A stretch of 64,000 bases of DNA from Lentisphaerae bacterium GWF2_57_35 (lineage in GTDB: Bacteria; Verrucomicrobiota; Kiritimatiellia; CAIQIC01; GWF2-57-35): the NCBI GenBank assembly GCA_001804865.1, contig MHBK01000051.1, forward strand, positions 75,636-139,635, written 5' to 3'. A program made the position numbers and the translations under genes. This document shows, piece by piece, positions 18,881 to 31,413 of the stretch. Under the pieces are notes generated by a model, which worked only from the letters and a program-made list of their open reading frames with translations, did not search any database and was not told the DNA's origin. The stretch's first letter is position 1. Each line of letters begins with the position of its first letter.

Positions 18881-20125
18881 CTACTGACTCCGCAATCTTG
18901 TCCAGGCTTCGTCGATTTTTTTGTCGAAATCGATTCTTCGCAAGGGCAAGGAGGACAACCCCAGCAGCAAACAAATCAGCATCAGAATTTCGCTGTCGCC
19001 AAAATTATATTCCACCAGGCCGTTCAGGAGCAGCCCGCAAAAACCGCCCCAGGCGCCCAGCAGAACCCAATCGATTTTTTTGCGGTCTTGGAGGACCGGC
19101 TTGAGCAGCAGCCAGAAGGCCATGCCCATCCAGACCAGCCACGTCAGCAAACCGGCCGGCCCCATTTCCACGGCGACTTGAAGGACGTTGTTGTGTACGT
19201 GATTCAAGCCCTCCTGAATGCGGACGCCGTAGCCTTCAAAATCTTCCTGGGTCGTACCGGCATAGCCGATGCCGAAGGGATGCTCTGTAATCAAGGCCGG
19301 AGCCACCCGCGACCACAGGGCGTAGCGCCCTCCCGCCACGCGGGACCATTCCGAGGACAGCATGCCCAGGCGCTCGCGGGTTTGCGGCGCCGCCACCAGG
19401 ACGACCACGACCAACGGCAGGATCAGCAAGGCCTTTTTCCGGCCGGCCAGCAGGCTCATCACGGCGACGACGGTCAGACAGGAGATCCACGCCCCCCGCT
19501 TAAAGTGAAGCGTAAGTCCCAGCACATTCGACAACGTCGCCACGACCAGCGGCCACCGGCGCAACGAAGCGTCGCCCGCCAGCCAAACCGCCGACAGCAG
19601 ACAAATTCCCACCAGGTACATCTGCGGATCGCGCATGTTGCCGGCATCGAAAAGGGCCACGCCCTGAAAGAAGACTTCGACCGGCACGCGCACGGCGTCG
19701 TACAAACCCAGCACGGTCGTTCCGGCCATGAACATAAATACCAACGCGCTCCGGCGACTCCATCGAGGCCCCGCGTCGCCGCCAAAAACCGTAACGATCA
19801 TGAACACCAACGTCAACAGGCTCAATCGATCCACTTTGTCGAAGCAAACGTCCGGATGAAGCCCGCGAAAGGCGCTCAGGACCGCCAGCCCGGAGAACAG
19901 GATCATCGGCCAGAAATACGGACATCGCGTCCAGGAAAATTCGCGGCGGGAAAATACGTGCAGGAGCCAGACGACCAAGCCGGCATAAGCGAAGCCCTCC
20001 GAAAGGGCAATGGAGAGCGGCAGCGAAAACGCGAAGCCCAGCAGTAGAAAGCGAAGCGCTTTCTCGGTCCAATTAAAATTAACCCTCAACGAACAGCTCC
20101 TTGGTTTCGGTCCTCGTCCCCTCAT
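18881..20125 (-). CDS. O-antigen ligase (WaaL/Wzy_C) family membrane protein
   Basis: Ten or more transmembrane segments. Wzy_C-like block 'LTLHFKRGAWIS...ALWSRVAPALITEHPFGIGYAG...GLNHVHNNVLQVAVEMGPAGLL'. Confidence 0.7.
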   Translation of the reverse strand: MRGRGPKPRSCSLRVNFNWTEKALRFLLLGFAFSLPLSIALSEGFAYAGLVVWLLHVFSRREFSWTRCPYFWPMILFSGLAVLSAFRGLHPDVCFDKVDRLSLLTLVFMIVTVFGGDAGPRWSRRSALVFMFMAGTTVLGLYDAVRVPVEVFFQGVALFDAGNMRDPQMYLVGICLLSAVWLAGDASLRRWPLVVATLSNVLGLTLHFKRGAWISCLTVVAVMSLLAGRKKALLILPLVVVVLVAAPQTRERLGMLSSEWSRVAGGRYALWSRVAPALITEHPFGIGYAGTTQEDFEGYGVRIQEGLNHVHNNVLQVAVEMGPAGLLTWLVWMGMAFWLLLKPVLQDRKKIDWVLLGAWGGFCGLLLNGLVEYNFGDSEILMLICLLLGLSSLPLRRIDFDKKIDEAWTRLRSQ

Positions 20126-21711
20126 TTGACGTTCTGGGAGCCGGCCCGAATAATCCGCACACTCGAGCCCGCCGGAACGTTCAACGGACTGTGCGAACGC
20201 ACATAGTTAACCACGGCGGAGCGGGTGTCAATATTCGTCATTTCCAGGCGCGAGGCGGGACGTTCCACAATGGAACGCAACGTCGCGTACCGGCCGCCGG
20301 CCGACGCCAGCGTATGACTGTTGAAAGCGATTTTCAAACGGCGTTTCGGATGGATATTCCGGCCATCGGCATAGCGCAGATTCGCGATGCGTTCGCCCTG
20401 CGGCGCCGAGGGACAGAAATCGAAGGCCAACCCATAAACGCCCTGATAATGACCGGAGCCGGCATAGTCGGATGCTTCCTCCAGAATCTGCTTCAATTCC
20501 TGGGGGTTGAGATGGACGATCCCCACGCGGTTTTCGTAAGGAACAATCCGCCAGATGTCGCTGCGGCGAACCGGTCCGGCTTCGATCGGCTCCGTGGCCA
20601 GAACTCCATGAAGAACCCCGTCGGCGCGCGTGACCTCCGCAATGGAAAGACAAAGCAATTGCTGCACCGGGCTCTGCCCGGGGATTTTGAGCGCCGCGTC
20701 CATGAGCACGGCATTGGTTCCGATAATCTCTCCCAAATAGTTCGTGGCTCTCGCCAAATCGTCGCCCAGCATCGACCGTAGAGGCGCATATTCCGCGGTC
20801 GACGCATCCACCTCCAGGAATTCGCCCCGCTTGTCCACCACGCGACGTTGGACGGTGTCGTAGACCAGATCCACCCGGCCGACGCCCTGGGCATAGTTTC
20901 CCGCCTGGGCAAACAAAACTCCATCAAGTCGGATGCCCGGAAGGACCCAATGCAAATGACCGCCCAACATCACGTCGAACTCCGGAAATTTGCGGGCTAT
21001 CTGGGCTACTTCATTGGCAAAATCGTCGCCGCCCTTCGAATACCCCTGATGCACCAGCAGCAGCATGACGTCCGGGCAAAGCTGGCGAATGGAAGGCATC
21101 AAGCGAGCCAGGGTTTCTTCCGAGCGCGTGAATTGAATGGGCCCAATCACATCCTCCCGAAGCCAGGAGGGAATGCCGGGCGTCGTCAGTCCCGCGATCA
21201 GAACGCGGACTCCATCGATTTCCTTCAGAACGAATGGGCGCACCGTCGGCAGCGCATTCTCCACGCCAGGGGGAAATTGAATGTTGGCGGCCAGCACGGG
21301 AACCCGTGTCGTGGCGCAAAGCGCCGAAAGATTTTCGATGCCCCAATCGAAATCGTGATTTCCCAAGGCCCAGGCGTCATACCGCATCGACTCCATCGCG
21401 CGAATCATGAGCCGCCCGCCCGTCAGCCAGCTTTCCGCGCTGCCCTGCAGCGCATCGCCGCTATCCACCAGCAAAACGTTGGGTTCACGAGCCCGGATTT
21501 GTTCGATCAAGGCGGCGCATCGCAAGAGCGAGCCGCCTTTTTCTGCATAGGGATTCTCCAGCGGCGGCAGCACGTGCCCGTGTATATCGGTGGTATGAAG
21601 AATGGTCAAAGCGACCTGCCTTGCGTCGGACGCCGTCCCGCTCCACAAAACGGCGAAAAAGACAGTCCCGGCAAGCAGTCGCTTCAGGAAGATATCGATC
21701 GATTCCTTCAT
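20122..21711 (-). CDS. Secreted bifunctional metallophosphatase / 5'-nucleotidase (UshA family)
   Basis: Signal peptide. Metallophosphatase motifs 'ILHTTDIHGH', 'DSGDALQG', 'LGNHDFDWG', 'GGHLHWV'. A 5'-nucleotidase C-terminal domain follows. Confidence 0.85.
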   Translation of the reverse strand: MKESIDIFLKRLLAGTVFFAVLWSGTASDARQVALTILHTTDIHGHVLPPLENPYAEKGGSLLRCAALIEQIRAREPNVLLVDSGDALQGSAESWLTGGRLMIRAMESMRYDAWALGNHDFDWGIENLSALCATTRVPVLAANIQFPPGVENALPTVRPFVLKEIDGVRVLIAGLTTPGIPSWLREDVIGPIQFTRSEETLARLMPSIRQLCPDVMLLLVHQGYSKGGDDFANEVAQIARKFPEFDVMLGGHLHWVLPGIRLDGVLFAQAGNYAQGVGRVDLVYDTVQRRVVDKRGEFLEVDASTAEYAPLRSMLGDDLARATNYLGEIIGTNAVLMDAALKIPGQSPVQQLLCLSIAEVTRADGVLHGVLATEPIEAGPVRRSDIWRIVPYENRVGIVHLNPQELKQILEEASDYAGSGHYQGVYGLAFDFCPSAPQGERIANLRYADGRNIHPKRRLKIAFNSHTLASAGGRYATLRSIVERPASRLEMTNIDTRSAVVNYVRSHSPLNVPAGSSVRIIRAGSQNVK

Positions 21712-21935
21712 AGCTCCTTGGCCGGATGACGCCCATAGGCAAAGACGTCATCCAACCCCCTCCCCCTCACGGTCTTTTTATGTGCGCTGTAATTTGTTGG
21801 ATCGCAAAATGAGTTCGGCACACATTCGAGCAATCCAAGCACATGATTCCTGGAGGGTTCAGCTCTGTCGGAACCGTCTTCTTCCGGTCGCGACGGAGCG
21901 CGACCCTCCAAAATCCGGAAAAGGCGCCCCGCAAA

Positions 21936-23201
21936 CTAAGCCGTTTGCTTCATGCTCGATCCGTCGCCCAATCCCAACGAAGCCCGATGTCCCGCAATAA
22001 CGGAAGGCGTAATGCAGCATTCCTTTACGTTGGACTGACGCGGCACCTCATACATGATATCCAGCATGATGTGCTCGAGAATCGCCCTTAACCCGCGGGC
22101 GCCCGTACCTTTTTGATAGGCAATCCGGGCCAGCTCGCGAATGGCCGGCTTCGTAAAAGTCAAATCGACCCCCTCCATGCCCATCAGTTTTTTATACTGC
22201 CGGATCATGGAATTCTTGGGTTCGGTCAAGATGCGGACCAGATCATCTTCCTGCAACTCGTCCAGGCTGGCGGCCACCGGCAACCGGCCTACAAACTCGG
22301 GAATCAAGCCAAAGCGAACCAAATCCTCCGGTTCCACGCGCCGGCCGTTCTTCTTTTCTTTTTTCGGATCCAGCGGAGGCTTGACCCCAAAGCCCAAAGC
22401 CCCTTTGCCCAATCGGCGTTGGATGATCGCATCCAAACCGACGAAAGCGCCGCCGCAGATGAACAGGATATGCTCCGTATTGATCTTGATGTATTCCTGC
22501 TGTGGATGTTTGCGGCCGCCCTGGGGCGGCACATTGGAGACCGTGCCTTCCAAGATCTTCAACAAAGCCTGCTGAACGCCCTCCCCCGAAACGTCCCGGG
22601 TAATCGACACGTTCTCCATCTTGCGCGCAATCTTATCGATTTCGTCGATATAAATGATGCCCATTTCCGCGCGTGCAATATCGAAATCGGCCGCACGAAT
22701 GAGGCGCAGCAGCACATTCTCCACATCCTCGCCCACATAACCGGCTTCGGTCAGCGTGGTGGCGTCGGAAATGCTGAAAGGCACATCGAGAATCTTGGCC
22801 AGCGTCTTGGCCAGCAGCGTTTTTCCGCAGCCGGTGGGACCGATGAGCATGATGTTGCTCTTCTCGATCTCCACATCGGCATGCTCGCCGCCGACGGTGG
22901 ACTCGGTCATGTCCTTGATGCGCTTGTAATGATTATGAACCGCCACGGAAAGGACTTTCTTGGCGTATTCCTGCCCCACGACATATTCGTCGAGTTGCGC
23001 CATGATCTCGTGAGGCTTGGGGACTTTCAATTCCCGGGACTTCGCTTTTGGCTTTTTCGACGTTTCCCGGTGAATAAGAGAACTGCACAGTTCGACGCAT
23101 TGGTCGCAAATCTGAACGCCCGGACCGGCAATCAACCGCTGAACTTCACTCTGGGCCTTGCCGCAGAAAGAACACTTCGGAGCATCGTTGCGATCGACCA
23201 T
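21936..23201 (-). CDS. clpX: ATP-dependent Clp protease ATP-binding subunit ClpX
   Basis: Zinc finger '[30 protein letters not shown]'. Walker A '[18 protein letters not shown]'. Also '[13 protein letters not shown]'. Confidence 0.97.
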   Translation of the reverse strand: MVDRNDAPKCSFCGKAQSEVQRLIAGPGVQICDQCVELCSSLIHRETSKKPKAKSRELKVPKPHEIMAQLDEYVVGQEYAKKVLSVAVHNHYKRIKDMTESTVGGEHADVEIEKSNIMLIGPTGCGKTLLAKTLAKILDVPFSISDATTLTEAGYVGEDVENVLLRLIRAADFDIARAEMGIIYIDEIDKIARKMENVSITRDVSGEGVQQALLKILEGTVSNVPPQGGRKHPQQEYIKINTEHILFICGGAFVGLDAIIQRRLGKGALGFGVKPPLDPKKEKKNGRRVEPEDLVRFGLIPEFVGRLPVAASLDELQEDDLVRILTEPKNSMIRQYKKLMGMEGVDLTFTKPAIRELARIAYQKGTGARGLRAILEHIMLDIMYEVPRQSNVKECCITPSVIAGHRASLGLGDGSSMKQTA

Positions 23202-23205
23202 AACC

Positions 23206-23826
23206 TTACTTCCCTTTCTTGGCCTGGTTCTTGATATTCACCACGACCTCGTCGACCAATCCGTATTGCTTGGCTTCCTCCGCCGACATGAAGAAATCGC
23301 GATCCGTATCCCGAACGATGTCTTCCATCGGCTTGCCGGTATGAAACGAAAGAATCTCGTTCAAGCGGTCGCGCAAGCGGAGGATTTCCTTCGCTTGAAT
23401 GCTGATGTCGGAAGCGGCGCCCTGCGCCCCGCCCCATGGCTGATGAATCATGATGCGCGCGTTCGGCAGCGCATAGCGCTTGCCCTTGGCGCCCGCGGTC
23501 AGCAACACGGCGCCCATGCTCGCGGCTTGTCCCACACAGTAGGTGACCACGTCGCACTTGAGATATTGAATCGTGTCGTAAATCGCCATCCCGGCGGTCA
23601 CCGAGCCGCCCGGCGAATTGACGTACAAAAAGATGTCCTTTTCGGCGTCTTCGCTTTGCAGGAAAAGCATCTGCGCGATGATCAGATTGCTGACCTCGTC
23701 GTTGATCCCCGTGCCGATGAAAATAATACGGTCCTTCAGCAGGCGGGAATAGATGTCGTAAGCGCGTTCGCCGCGTCCCGTCTGTTCGACCACCATGGGT
23801 ATGAGAATCTGACTGTGTTCGCTCAT
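23206..23826 (-). CDS. clpP: ATP-dependent Clp protease proteolytic subunit ClpP
   Basis: '[56 protein letters not shown]...[12 protein letters not shown]'. Internal Met start. Confidence 0.95.
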   Translation of the reverse strand: MSEHSQILIPMVVEQTGRGERAYDIYSRLLKDRIIFIGTGINDEVSNLIIAQMLFLQSEDAEKDIFLYVNSPGGSVTAGMAIYDTIQYLKCDVVTYCVGQAASMGAVLLTAGAKGKRYALPNARIMIHQPWGGAQGAASDISIQAKEILRLRDRLNEILSFHTGKPMEDIVRDTDRDFFMSAEEAKQYGLVDEVVVNIKNQAKKGK

Positions 23827-23878
23827 CGTCGATTCCTTTCCAAAAATACACACCGGCTTGTCTCCCGGCGCAATTGAG

Positions 23879-25174
23879 TTATTCATTGATTACAGCTTGT
23901 TCCAAGATAAAGTCCACTGTCTTCCGAATGCGAATGTCCTCCACCAACTGGTCGAGCGTCTCGCGCTTTTCCAGCTCGGCGCGCAAGGCTTGCTCCGGCA
24001 TGCCGTACCGGGCGGCCAGGCCGTGAATCTCCGCCGCCAGATCGTCTTCCGATGTGGCAATGCTTTCAGCCTCGGCGATCCGGTGCAGGATGTACTTCAT
24101 CTTGACCTTGTCCGAGGCATTCCGGGCTGCGATTTCGAAAATCTCGCCCTTCTTTTCCTCGATTTGCTCGCGCGGGATGCCCCGGCTGGTATTGTTGCGG
24201 ACAATGTCATAAACCGCGTTGCGGGTCTCTTCCTGCACCACGGATTCCGGCACATCCAACGCCGTCTTTTCGAGCAGCGTCTTCACAATCTCGTCCTTGA
24301 GGCGGCGCTTCTCCTGATAATCCTTCATCGAGGCCACGTCCGTGCGCACGCGGGCTTTCAAGGCGTCCACCGAGTCCACTTCCATCGTCTTCAAAAAGGC
24401 TTCGTCGATTTCCGGCAGCTTCTTCTCGCGGATATTCTTCACTTCGACGGAATACAGCGCCTGCTTGCCCGCCACGGCCTTTTCCTGGAAATCCGCACTG
24501 AAATCGACCGGGATGTCTTTCTTGTCGCCGGTCTTCAATCCCTGCAAGCCCTGGGCGATCCCGGGCAGAAATTCGTTTTCGTCCGCCCGCACCCAGAAAT
24601 TCACGCCCTGGCCCAACCCCTTCGCGGCGGGAGCGAGCTCCTCCACCGGCTGGCCGTCGCAGACGCCCTTATAATCGATCATCACCATGTCGCCTTTTTG
24701 CACCGGCCGATCGACCACTTCGTATTTGGCGCTCTGCTCGCGAAGGTCGCGGATGGTATCTTCGACTTCCTGGTCGGTCACGTCCGCTTTGGCGCTCTTC
24801 AACTCCATGCCCTTATACTTCGGCAACTCGAATTGAGGCGGGACGTCCAGCATGACCGTAAACGAAGCCGGCGCGGAGGGCTTGATCACCACATCGGTCA
24901 CGCTCAAGACCGATACCGGGCTGATCTTCTCCTGGGTAAGCGCCTCCCGATAAGCGGAAGAAATCACTTGAGAATTAAGTTCTTCTTCGATTTCCTTCGC
25001 ATAGCGACGCTTGACCAGATCTTTCGGGGCTTTGCCCGGACGGAATCCGGGAATCTTGGCGGCGCGGCTGTACATGGAGACGATGCTCTCGTATTCCTCG
25101 CCAACCTTCTCGACCGGAACTTGAATTTTCAACACTTTGCGACAGGCCCCAGCATCTTCAACCGTTACGTTCAT
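23879..25174 (-). CDS. tig: Trigger factor
   Basis: '[24 protein letters not shown]...[11 protein letters not shown]' at the N-terminus plus an FKBP-like middle domain. The order is the canonical tig-clpP-clpX. Confidence 0.9.
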   Translation of the reverse strand: MNVTVEDAGACRKVLKIQVPVEKVGEEYESIVSMYSRAAKIPGFRPGKAPKDLVKRRYAKEIEEELNSQVISSAYREALTQEKISPVSVLSVTDVVIKPSAPASFTVMLDVPPQFELPKYKGMELKSAKADVTDQEVEDTIRDLREQSAKYEVVDRPVQKGDMVMIDYKGVCDGQPVEELAPAAKGLGQGVNFWVRADENEFLPGIAQGLQGLKTGDKKDIPVDFSADFQEKAVAGKQALYSVEVKNIREKKLPEIDEAFLKTMEVDSVDALKARVRTDVASMKDYQEKRRLKDEIVKTLLEKTALDVPESVVQEETRNAVYDIVRNNTSRGIPREQIEEKKGEIFEIAARNASDKVKMKYILHRIAEAESIATSEDDLAAEIHGLAARYGMPEQALRAELEKRETLDQLVEDIRIRKTVDFILEQAVINE

Positions 25175-25263
25175 TATAAAACCAACCTCCATACACATTC
25201 ATCCAATTTATATTGGGCGCATACCATAGGCCAGCGGGGGAAAGACGTCAAGAAAACCCCCAT

Positions 25264-27042
25264 TCATGGCAACGGAATATCGCCTCCGTAGGGAACCGGA
25301 AGGCCATAGGCATCGGCCAGCCGGCGAATCTCGTCCATTGTTTCAGCCTTTCCCCGTCGAATATGCTCGCCAATCAAATAATATACCTTATGCCAGGCCC
25401 ATTGCGATCTGATTTCGGCGTCTCCGGAACTGCTTTCAGCCCATTTGAGCGAAAAAACCATGTCATGGCGGTTTGAACCCGACTTTCCAACGATTTGCAG
25501 GACGGCGTCGGGGGTTTTGACAGGCACTTTTCCATAAATCGTCAAAGGGCGGTCCAGATACAAATGCGTCAGCGTCCGGGGATACAGCTCCTGTTGGCCG
25601 CGTCCTGAAATGCGATAATCCAGGTCGATCAGCACCGGCCGGGCCAACTGCCGGTCCATATCCATCATGGCGCCCGGCACCTCCTGGCGTTCCGCCACAA
25701 TCGTCGAATCGCCGCGGTTTTTATAGCTGAGCATGTCGAGCAGGAATCGATTCACCCGGTTGCCGGCGCCCAACGCGAACATGGATATGCGTCCCGCGTT
25801 CTGTTGCGTGAACTGTTCGATGATGTCGGAGCTGTCCACCATGCCGGAGGTCGGACGCCCATCCGTCAACAACACCGCCACCACCGGACGAACCGGGTCC
25901 TTGGGAAACGACAGCAACTCCTGCAGGGAGGCAAAAACATCCGTCTTGCCGCGCGCCGCCATGCGATCGATATAAGCCAGGGCTTGCTTCTTCGAGGTCG
26001 CGGTCACCGGCGCCCACGTGGGCATGCACTTATCCGGCGTCTCGCTGAAGCCCATGATGTTCCAGCGGTCTTCCGGCGACAGCTCGTCCATCCAGGCCGT
26101 CAAACCTTTCTTGAATTCGTTGAGCTTCGACTGGGTCATGCTCGCCGAACAATCCTGGAGAAAGATCACGTCACGGGGAAGGACCGGCAAAATCTCGGCC
26201 CCCTGGCGTCGAATCCGAATCCTGAAGTACAGGTCTTCGGGTTCATCGGTCGGCCGGTACGTGCTGACGTCCAAAGCCAATAACTGCTCCACGGGCTTGA
26301 GTTCGGAAATGACGCTGGCAGGGTCTTCCAGCATTTGGCTCTGCTCGGCCAATTCGAATCCATCCCAGGCGCCCCCCCTCCCAGCGCCTGCCTGGCCCCG
26401 TCCGACTTCGGCAAAATTCTTCAACGGAATGTCCGTTCGCCCGGCGCCTTTCGCCACGCCGGGGGCGCCTTTGCGCTCTACCAGCGGCAACGGCTTGATG
26501 GACGCCGGCAGGGAAATATTCGGGGCTTTCTTGTTGGGCGACTCCCGTTCGATATAGCGGCGGGGCAACGCGCTGACCTTTTCCGCATAAATCTGATCTT
26601 CAATCAGCAGCAGATCCTGGCGGGGTTCCCACTTCACGTGCTCCACCGGTTTTTCGGGCGACAATAGAGCGCCGGAATCGCCTCGTAATCCGGATTCCGG
26701 CATGGCCGGCGCCTGGGGAGGTTCCGGGGCGAGCGCCTGGGCCGCCTGGGCTTGCTCCAAACCCGCGGCAAAGGTCCGTTCCGGACTCTCCGGGCGAAAA
26801 CGGGCGGGCCGTTCGATCCGGTCGCCCACGAACTCCTTCAAGACATCCTGAAGCTGTAGGGAGGGAATCCGCACCGTCGCATCGAACGCCGCGGGACGTC
26901 CGATGGGCAACGGCGGAATATGCTGCAGGATGAACGCGTGCAGCGCCACGGAGACTGCCGCGGCGACCCCCCAAGCCATCACATGATGACGGGTGCGGGG
27001 CCGTTCCGCGAACAGGTCCACCCTGGCGCCTTCGCTATCCAT
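25264..27042 (-). CDS. Membrane-anchored von Willebrand factor type A (VWA) domain protein
   Basis: N-terminal transmembrane segment '[19 protein letters not shown]'. Pro/Ala-rich linker. MIDAS-like '[12 protein letters not shown]...[10 protein letters not shown]...[11 protein letters not shown]'. Confidence 0.75.
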   Translation of the reverse strand: MDSEGARVDLFAERPRTRHHVMAWGVAAAVSVALHAFILQHIPPLPIGRPAAFDATVRIPSLQLQDVLKEFVGDRIERPARFRPESPERTFAAGLEQAQAAQALAPEPPQAPAMPESGLRGDSGALLSPEKPVEHVKWEPRQDLLLIEDQIYAEKVSALPRRYIERESPNKKAPNISLPASIKPLPLVERKGAPGVAKGAGRTDIPLKNFAEVGRGQAGAGRGGAWDGFELAEQSQMLEDPASVISELKPVEQLLALDVSTYRPTDEPEDLYFRIRIRRQGAEILPVLPRDVIFLQDCSASMTQSKLNEFKKGLTAWMDELSPEDRWNIMGFSETPDKCMPTWAPVTATSKKQALAYIDRMAARGKTDVFASLQELLSFPKDPVRPVVAVLLTDGRPTSGMVDSSDIIEQFTQQNAGRISMFALGAGNRVNRFLLDMLSYKNRGDSTIVAERQEVPGAMMDMDRQLARPVLIDLDYRISGRGQQELYPRTLTHLYLDRPLTIYGKVPVKTPDAVLQIVGKSGSNRHDMVFSLKWAESSSGDAEIRSQWAWHKVYYLIGEHIRRGKAETMDEIRRLADAYGLPVPYGGDIPLP

Positions 27043-27048
27043 GTCCGA

Positions 27049-28573
<1,525 letters not shown>

Positions 28574-28581
<8 letters not shown>

Positions 28582-29212
28582 GATGCTCTATCTCCTTCTT
28601 ATTTCTTAAAATATCCAACCATATGGTCATTAGTTTATCTTCCAATTCCGCGAGCGTTCCGTCGTTCCATACGGCGTAATCCGCCCGCTGCATTTTCACT
28701 TCCACGGGCATCTGCGCGGCCAGCCTTTGTTCGGCTGCTTCCGGCAAAAGACCCCGTGTCTCCAATCGTTTCATTACCACGTCCCTCGATGCGCCGATGG
28801 AAATCACCGCATCCCAACCCTTCTCCACGCCCGCCTCGAACAGCAAGGGGACGATGGCCACCGCACGAAGCTGGAGACGCTTCGCCTTATCCTTCCACTC
28901 GTGCATTTGCGTCAAAACCGCGGGATGCACGATCGCATTCAAGGCTTTAAGTTCGGTGGGTTGGCCAAACACCCGTCGGCCTAATTCTTCCCGATTCAGC
29001 GATCCATCCGCTTTGACCACTTCCCGGCCAAAACGCCCGACGATCGCCTTATATACTTCCGTTCCCGGCGCCATGATTTTATGGGCTGCCTGGTCGGCAT
29101 CCCAAATCACGGCCCCTTTTCGTTCCAAGATGCGCCCGGCTTCGCTCTTCCCGCAGGCCAGCCCGCCGGTCAGGGCCAGACAAAACCCAATGGATAAATC
29201 AGTCGGCTTCAT
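28574..29212 (-). CDS. coaE: Dephospho-CoA kinase
   Basis: P-loop '[17 protein letters not shown]'. '[13 protein letters not shown]'. 'AIVHPAV'. Typical ~200-aa length. Confidence 0.9.
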
Positions 29213-31223
29213 GTCCGCCGTATTTGAATCCCAGATCTTTTAGCGAACCCACGTGCCGGAGCACTTCCATCGCCCGGCGATTCTCCGGGTCAAACTCCAA
29301 GGCGCCGATCGCATCCTTCTGCGCCCTATTCAACCGCCCCTCCTGCAAGGCTTGTTCGGCCTCGCGAGCTCGTTGCTCCGCCACCTCGGGATCGTCCTCG
29401 GACACCAGGCGGTAGAGCTGGTATTTTCGGTTGCTCCAGAGCAACTTGAAATCCTTCGCCGTTTCCGGGTAAAACTCGAAAACGCGAGCGGCCGCGTTGG
29501 TGGGCGGGGTCAAGCAATTGATCATATATCTCATCTGCTGATCGGGCGCCAGGGTCGAAAATTCACCCAACGCGTACACATAATACCGCGCGCCGTGCGC
29601 TCGAACCCATTTCGCAAAATCCTTTTCATTCCCTTTGAAAAGCGCCTCCCCATAACTTTGAACACGCGCCCGGATATCGGCCGATTCAAACTTGGGATGC
29701 AATATGATTGGACATCCCGCATACGCCAGAATCGACGAACCGATTCCGAAATTTGCCAGCACCGGCGCCGGCGCCACACTCTCCTTGAGTCGATTGATCA
29801 GGCCTTCAACTTCCACATAATATACATTCGGTCGCCCCCATTGCTCCGGATGTTTTACAATTTTTACCGCTTCAACGCCCAGTCCAGCGGCCAGCGCCCC
29901 TAAGACCAACGTTTTCCTCAGCCATCGCCCTCCCAAGCCCCACGCGGCTAACACGCCCATCAATCCAGCCGCGAATAACGCCAGAAAAACGTGAAACCTC
30001 ACAAACATGCAATAAGCAATTAGCGAAGCAACATAGAAGAATAAAAGCCGAATTAAATTGGAATTAGATCTTGTACTCTGAAGCAACAATATCCCAAAAG
30101 CGGCCAGCGTCAACAGTAAAATCGCGGGAAAAAGCTGAATCGTCAGCTCCAGGGTGGCCGAATGCAGGGACGGCACCCACATGATTCGCTGCGAAAAAGA
30201 CAGCCAGGAAGGGTCGGGCGGCTTCACATTCAGGAACCGGATTTTGGCCGCAATCAGCTCGAAGAAATGACCGTACGAGCGGGCATACAACCCCGCGAAG
30301 AGCCCGCCCAGCGCCAGCGGCACGAGGCCCGTCAACGCCTTTAACGACCGATGCCGATACGGGCGCAACGAAAAGCCGATGTAGGGTTCCGCCACCCTCA
30401 TCAGCAAGATTCCATACCCCAACAACATCGCCGGGGAGGCCAGGAAGGCATGGGCTCGCAAGTACGGATTGAAGGCGCCGACCAGCAGCAGCGCGCCAAA
30501 TTGGATTTGCCACTTGATAAACGAACGTCCGCCCCCTTCCGTTCCGGCCATCACCCGGACAAACTCCGCCAGCAGCCACAACAACACAAAAAACTGCATC
30601 ATATCCCAAAGCATCAGAGCCAGCCCCAGGCACACCGCCGAGACCACCGTCGCCAGCCAGAAGCGAGGGCGACTCGCGGCGCCGTTAGCCAGCGCATCGA
30701 AGGCCAGGTGCGCCGTCAGGAAGGGCAGCGCTGTATTTTCGTGAGAGAGTTCCTGTCCGGTCGACCGAATCACGGCGGAGGCCGAAACCGCATAAAAAGC
30801 GCCCGCAAAAGCCCCCGCCCAAACAGAACGAGTCCACCAGGCGATCCATAGGGCCAAAAACGGGATGCCCAGGCAAAACCAGAACACCTCAATCCAGCGG
30901 ATGCGATCCTGAAGGGAAATCGATGAGGGAAAAAGCCGGGCCAAGCCGGCATAAACATACTCCGCGCCCACCGTATCCGTCGCGCGCACCTCGATGCCCT
31001 CGGGATACTGTATCGCCCGATCCGTTTCCGGCAGCTTTCCGGAGTCGAACACCTGCTGAATGCGGCGGAATTGGAGCGCACTTTCCAACGTGAACGACAA
31101 CTTGTTCCCCTGCGCCTTGTACTGCGTCGCCAGAATCTCCCGCCGGATGCCCACGCCCAGCGCAAACAAAGCCATCAGGCCCACCAAAGGAAGACCCCAT
31201 TTTTTTAGAATCTCAAATTTCAA
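29199..31223 (-). CDS. GT-C-fold (ArnT/PMT-like) integral membrane glycosyltransferase-like protein with a C-terminal TPR-like tail; TTG start
   Basis: Twelve or more transmembrane helices in the first ~450 aa, then a soluble C-terminal domain ending in TPR-like 'EAEQALQEGRLNRAQKDAIGALEFDPENRRAMEVL'. The family assignment rests on topology only. Confidence 0.5.
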   Translation of the reverse strand: MKFEILKKWGLPLVGLMALFALGVGIRREILATQYKAQGNKLSFTLESALQFRRIQQVFDSGKLPETDRAIQYPEGIEVRATDTVGAEYVYAGLARLFPSSISLQDRIRWIEVFWFCLGIPFLALWIAWWTRSVWAGAFAGAFYAVSASAVIRSTGQELSHENTALPFLTAHLAFDALANGAASRPRFWLATVVSAVCLGLALMLWDMMQFFVLLWLLAEFVRVMAGTEGGGRSFIKWQIQFGALLLVGAFNPYLRAHAFLASPAMLLGYGILLMRVAEPYIGFSLRPYRHRSLKALTGLVPLALGGLFAGLYARSYGHFFELIAAKIRFLNVKPPDPSWLSFSQRIMWVPSLHSATLELTIQLFPAILLLTLAAFGILLLQSTRSNSNLIRLLFFYVASLIAYCMFVRFHVFLALFAAGLMGVLAAWGLGGRWLRKTLVLGALAAGLGVEAVKIVKHPEQWGRPNVYYVEVEGLINRLKESVAPAPVLANFGIGSSILAYAGCPIILHPKFESADIRARVQSYGEALFKGNEKDFAKWVRAHGARYYVYALGEFSTLAPDQQMRYMINCLTPPTNAAARVFEFYPETAKDFKLLWSNRKYQLYRLVSEDDPEVAEQRAREAEQALQEGRLNRAQKDAIGALEFDPENRRAMEVLRHVGSLKDLGFKYGGHEAD

Positions 31224-31255
31224 AGCTCACATCTCAAATTTCAGGTTTCAGATCT

Positions 31256-31391
31256 TGGGGTGCATCTTGACCCCTCCTCAACGTCTGGCACTGGAAAGAA
31301 ACCACCGGCTTACGCCGGCGGCTACGTAGCCGCGTCCGTAAGGACGTGGATTCTTATTCGTATGCGCGGGGGCCGTGTCAAGATGCACCCC
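31256..31391. repeat. MITE-like palindromic element, copy 2; complete, ~135 bp with 15-bp terminal inverted repeats
   Basis: Begins 'ggggtgcatcttgacccc' and ends 'gtcaagatgcacccc'. The core is identical to the reverse complement of copy 1 at 13.3 kb. Confidence 0.8.
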
Positions 31392-31413
31392 AGGTCTCGT
31401 CTACTTTTCCACT

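Noticed and set aside
21712-21935. Imperfect inverted repeats ('ggagggttc...gcgaccctcc', 'gtcgcg-acggag-cgcgac') between clpX and the 5'-nucleotidase gene, as a possible terminator or attenuator
   Set aside because: The stems are interrupted and there is no U-tract. The region could equally be the promoter of the nucleotidase gene. The evidence is insufficient for a feature call.
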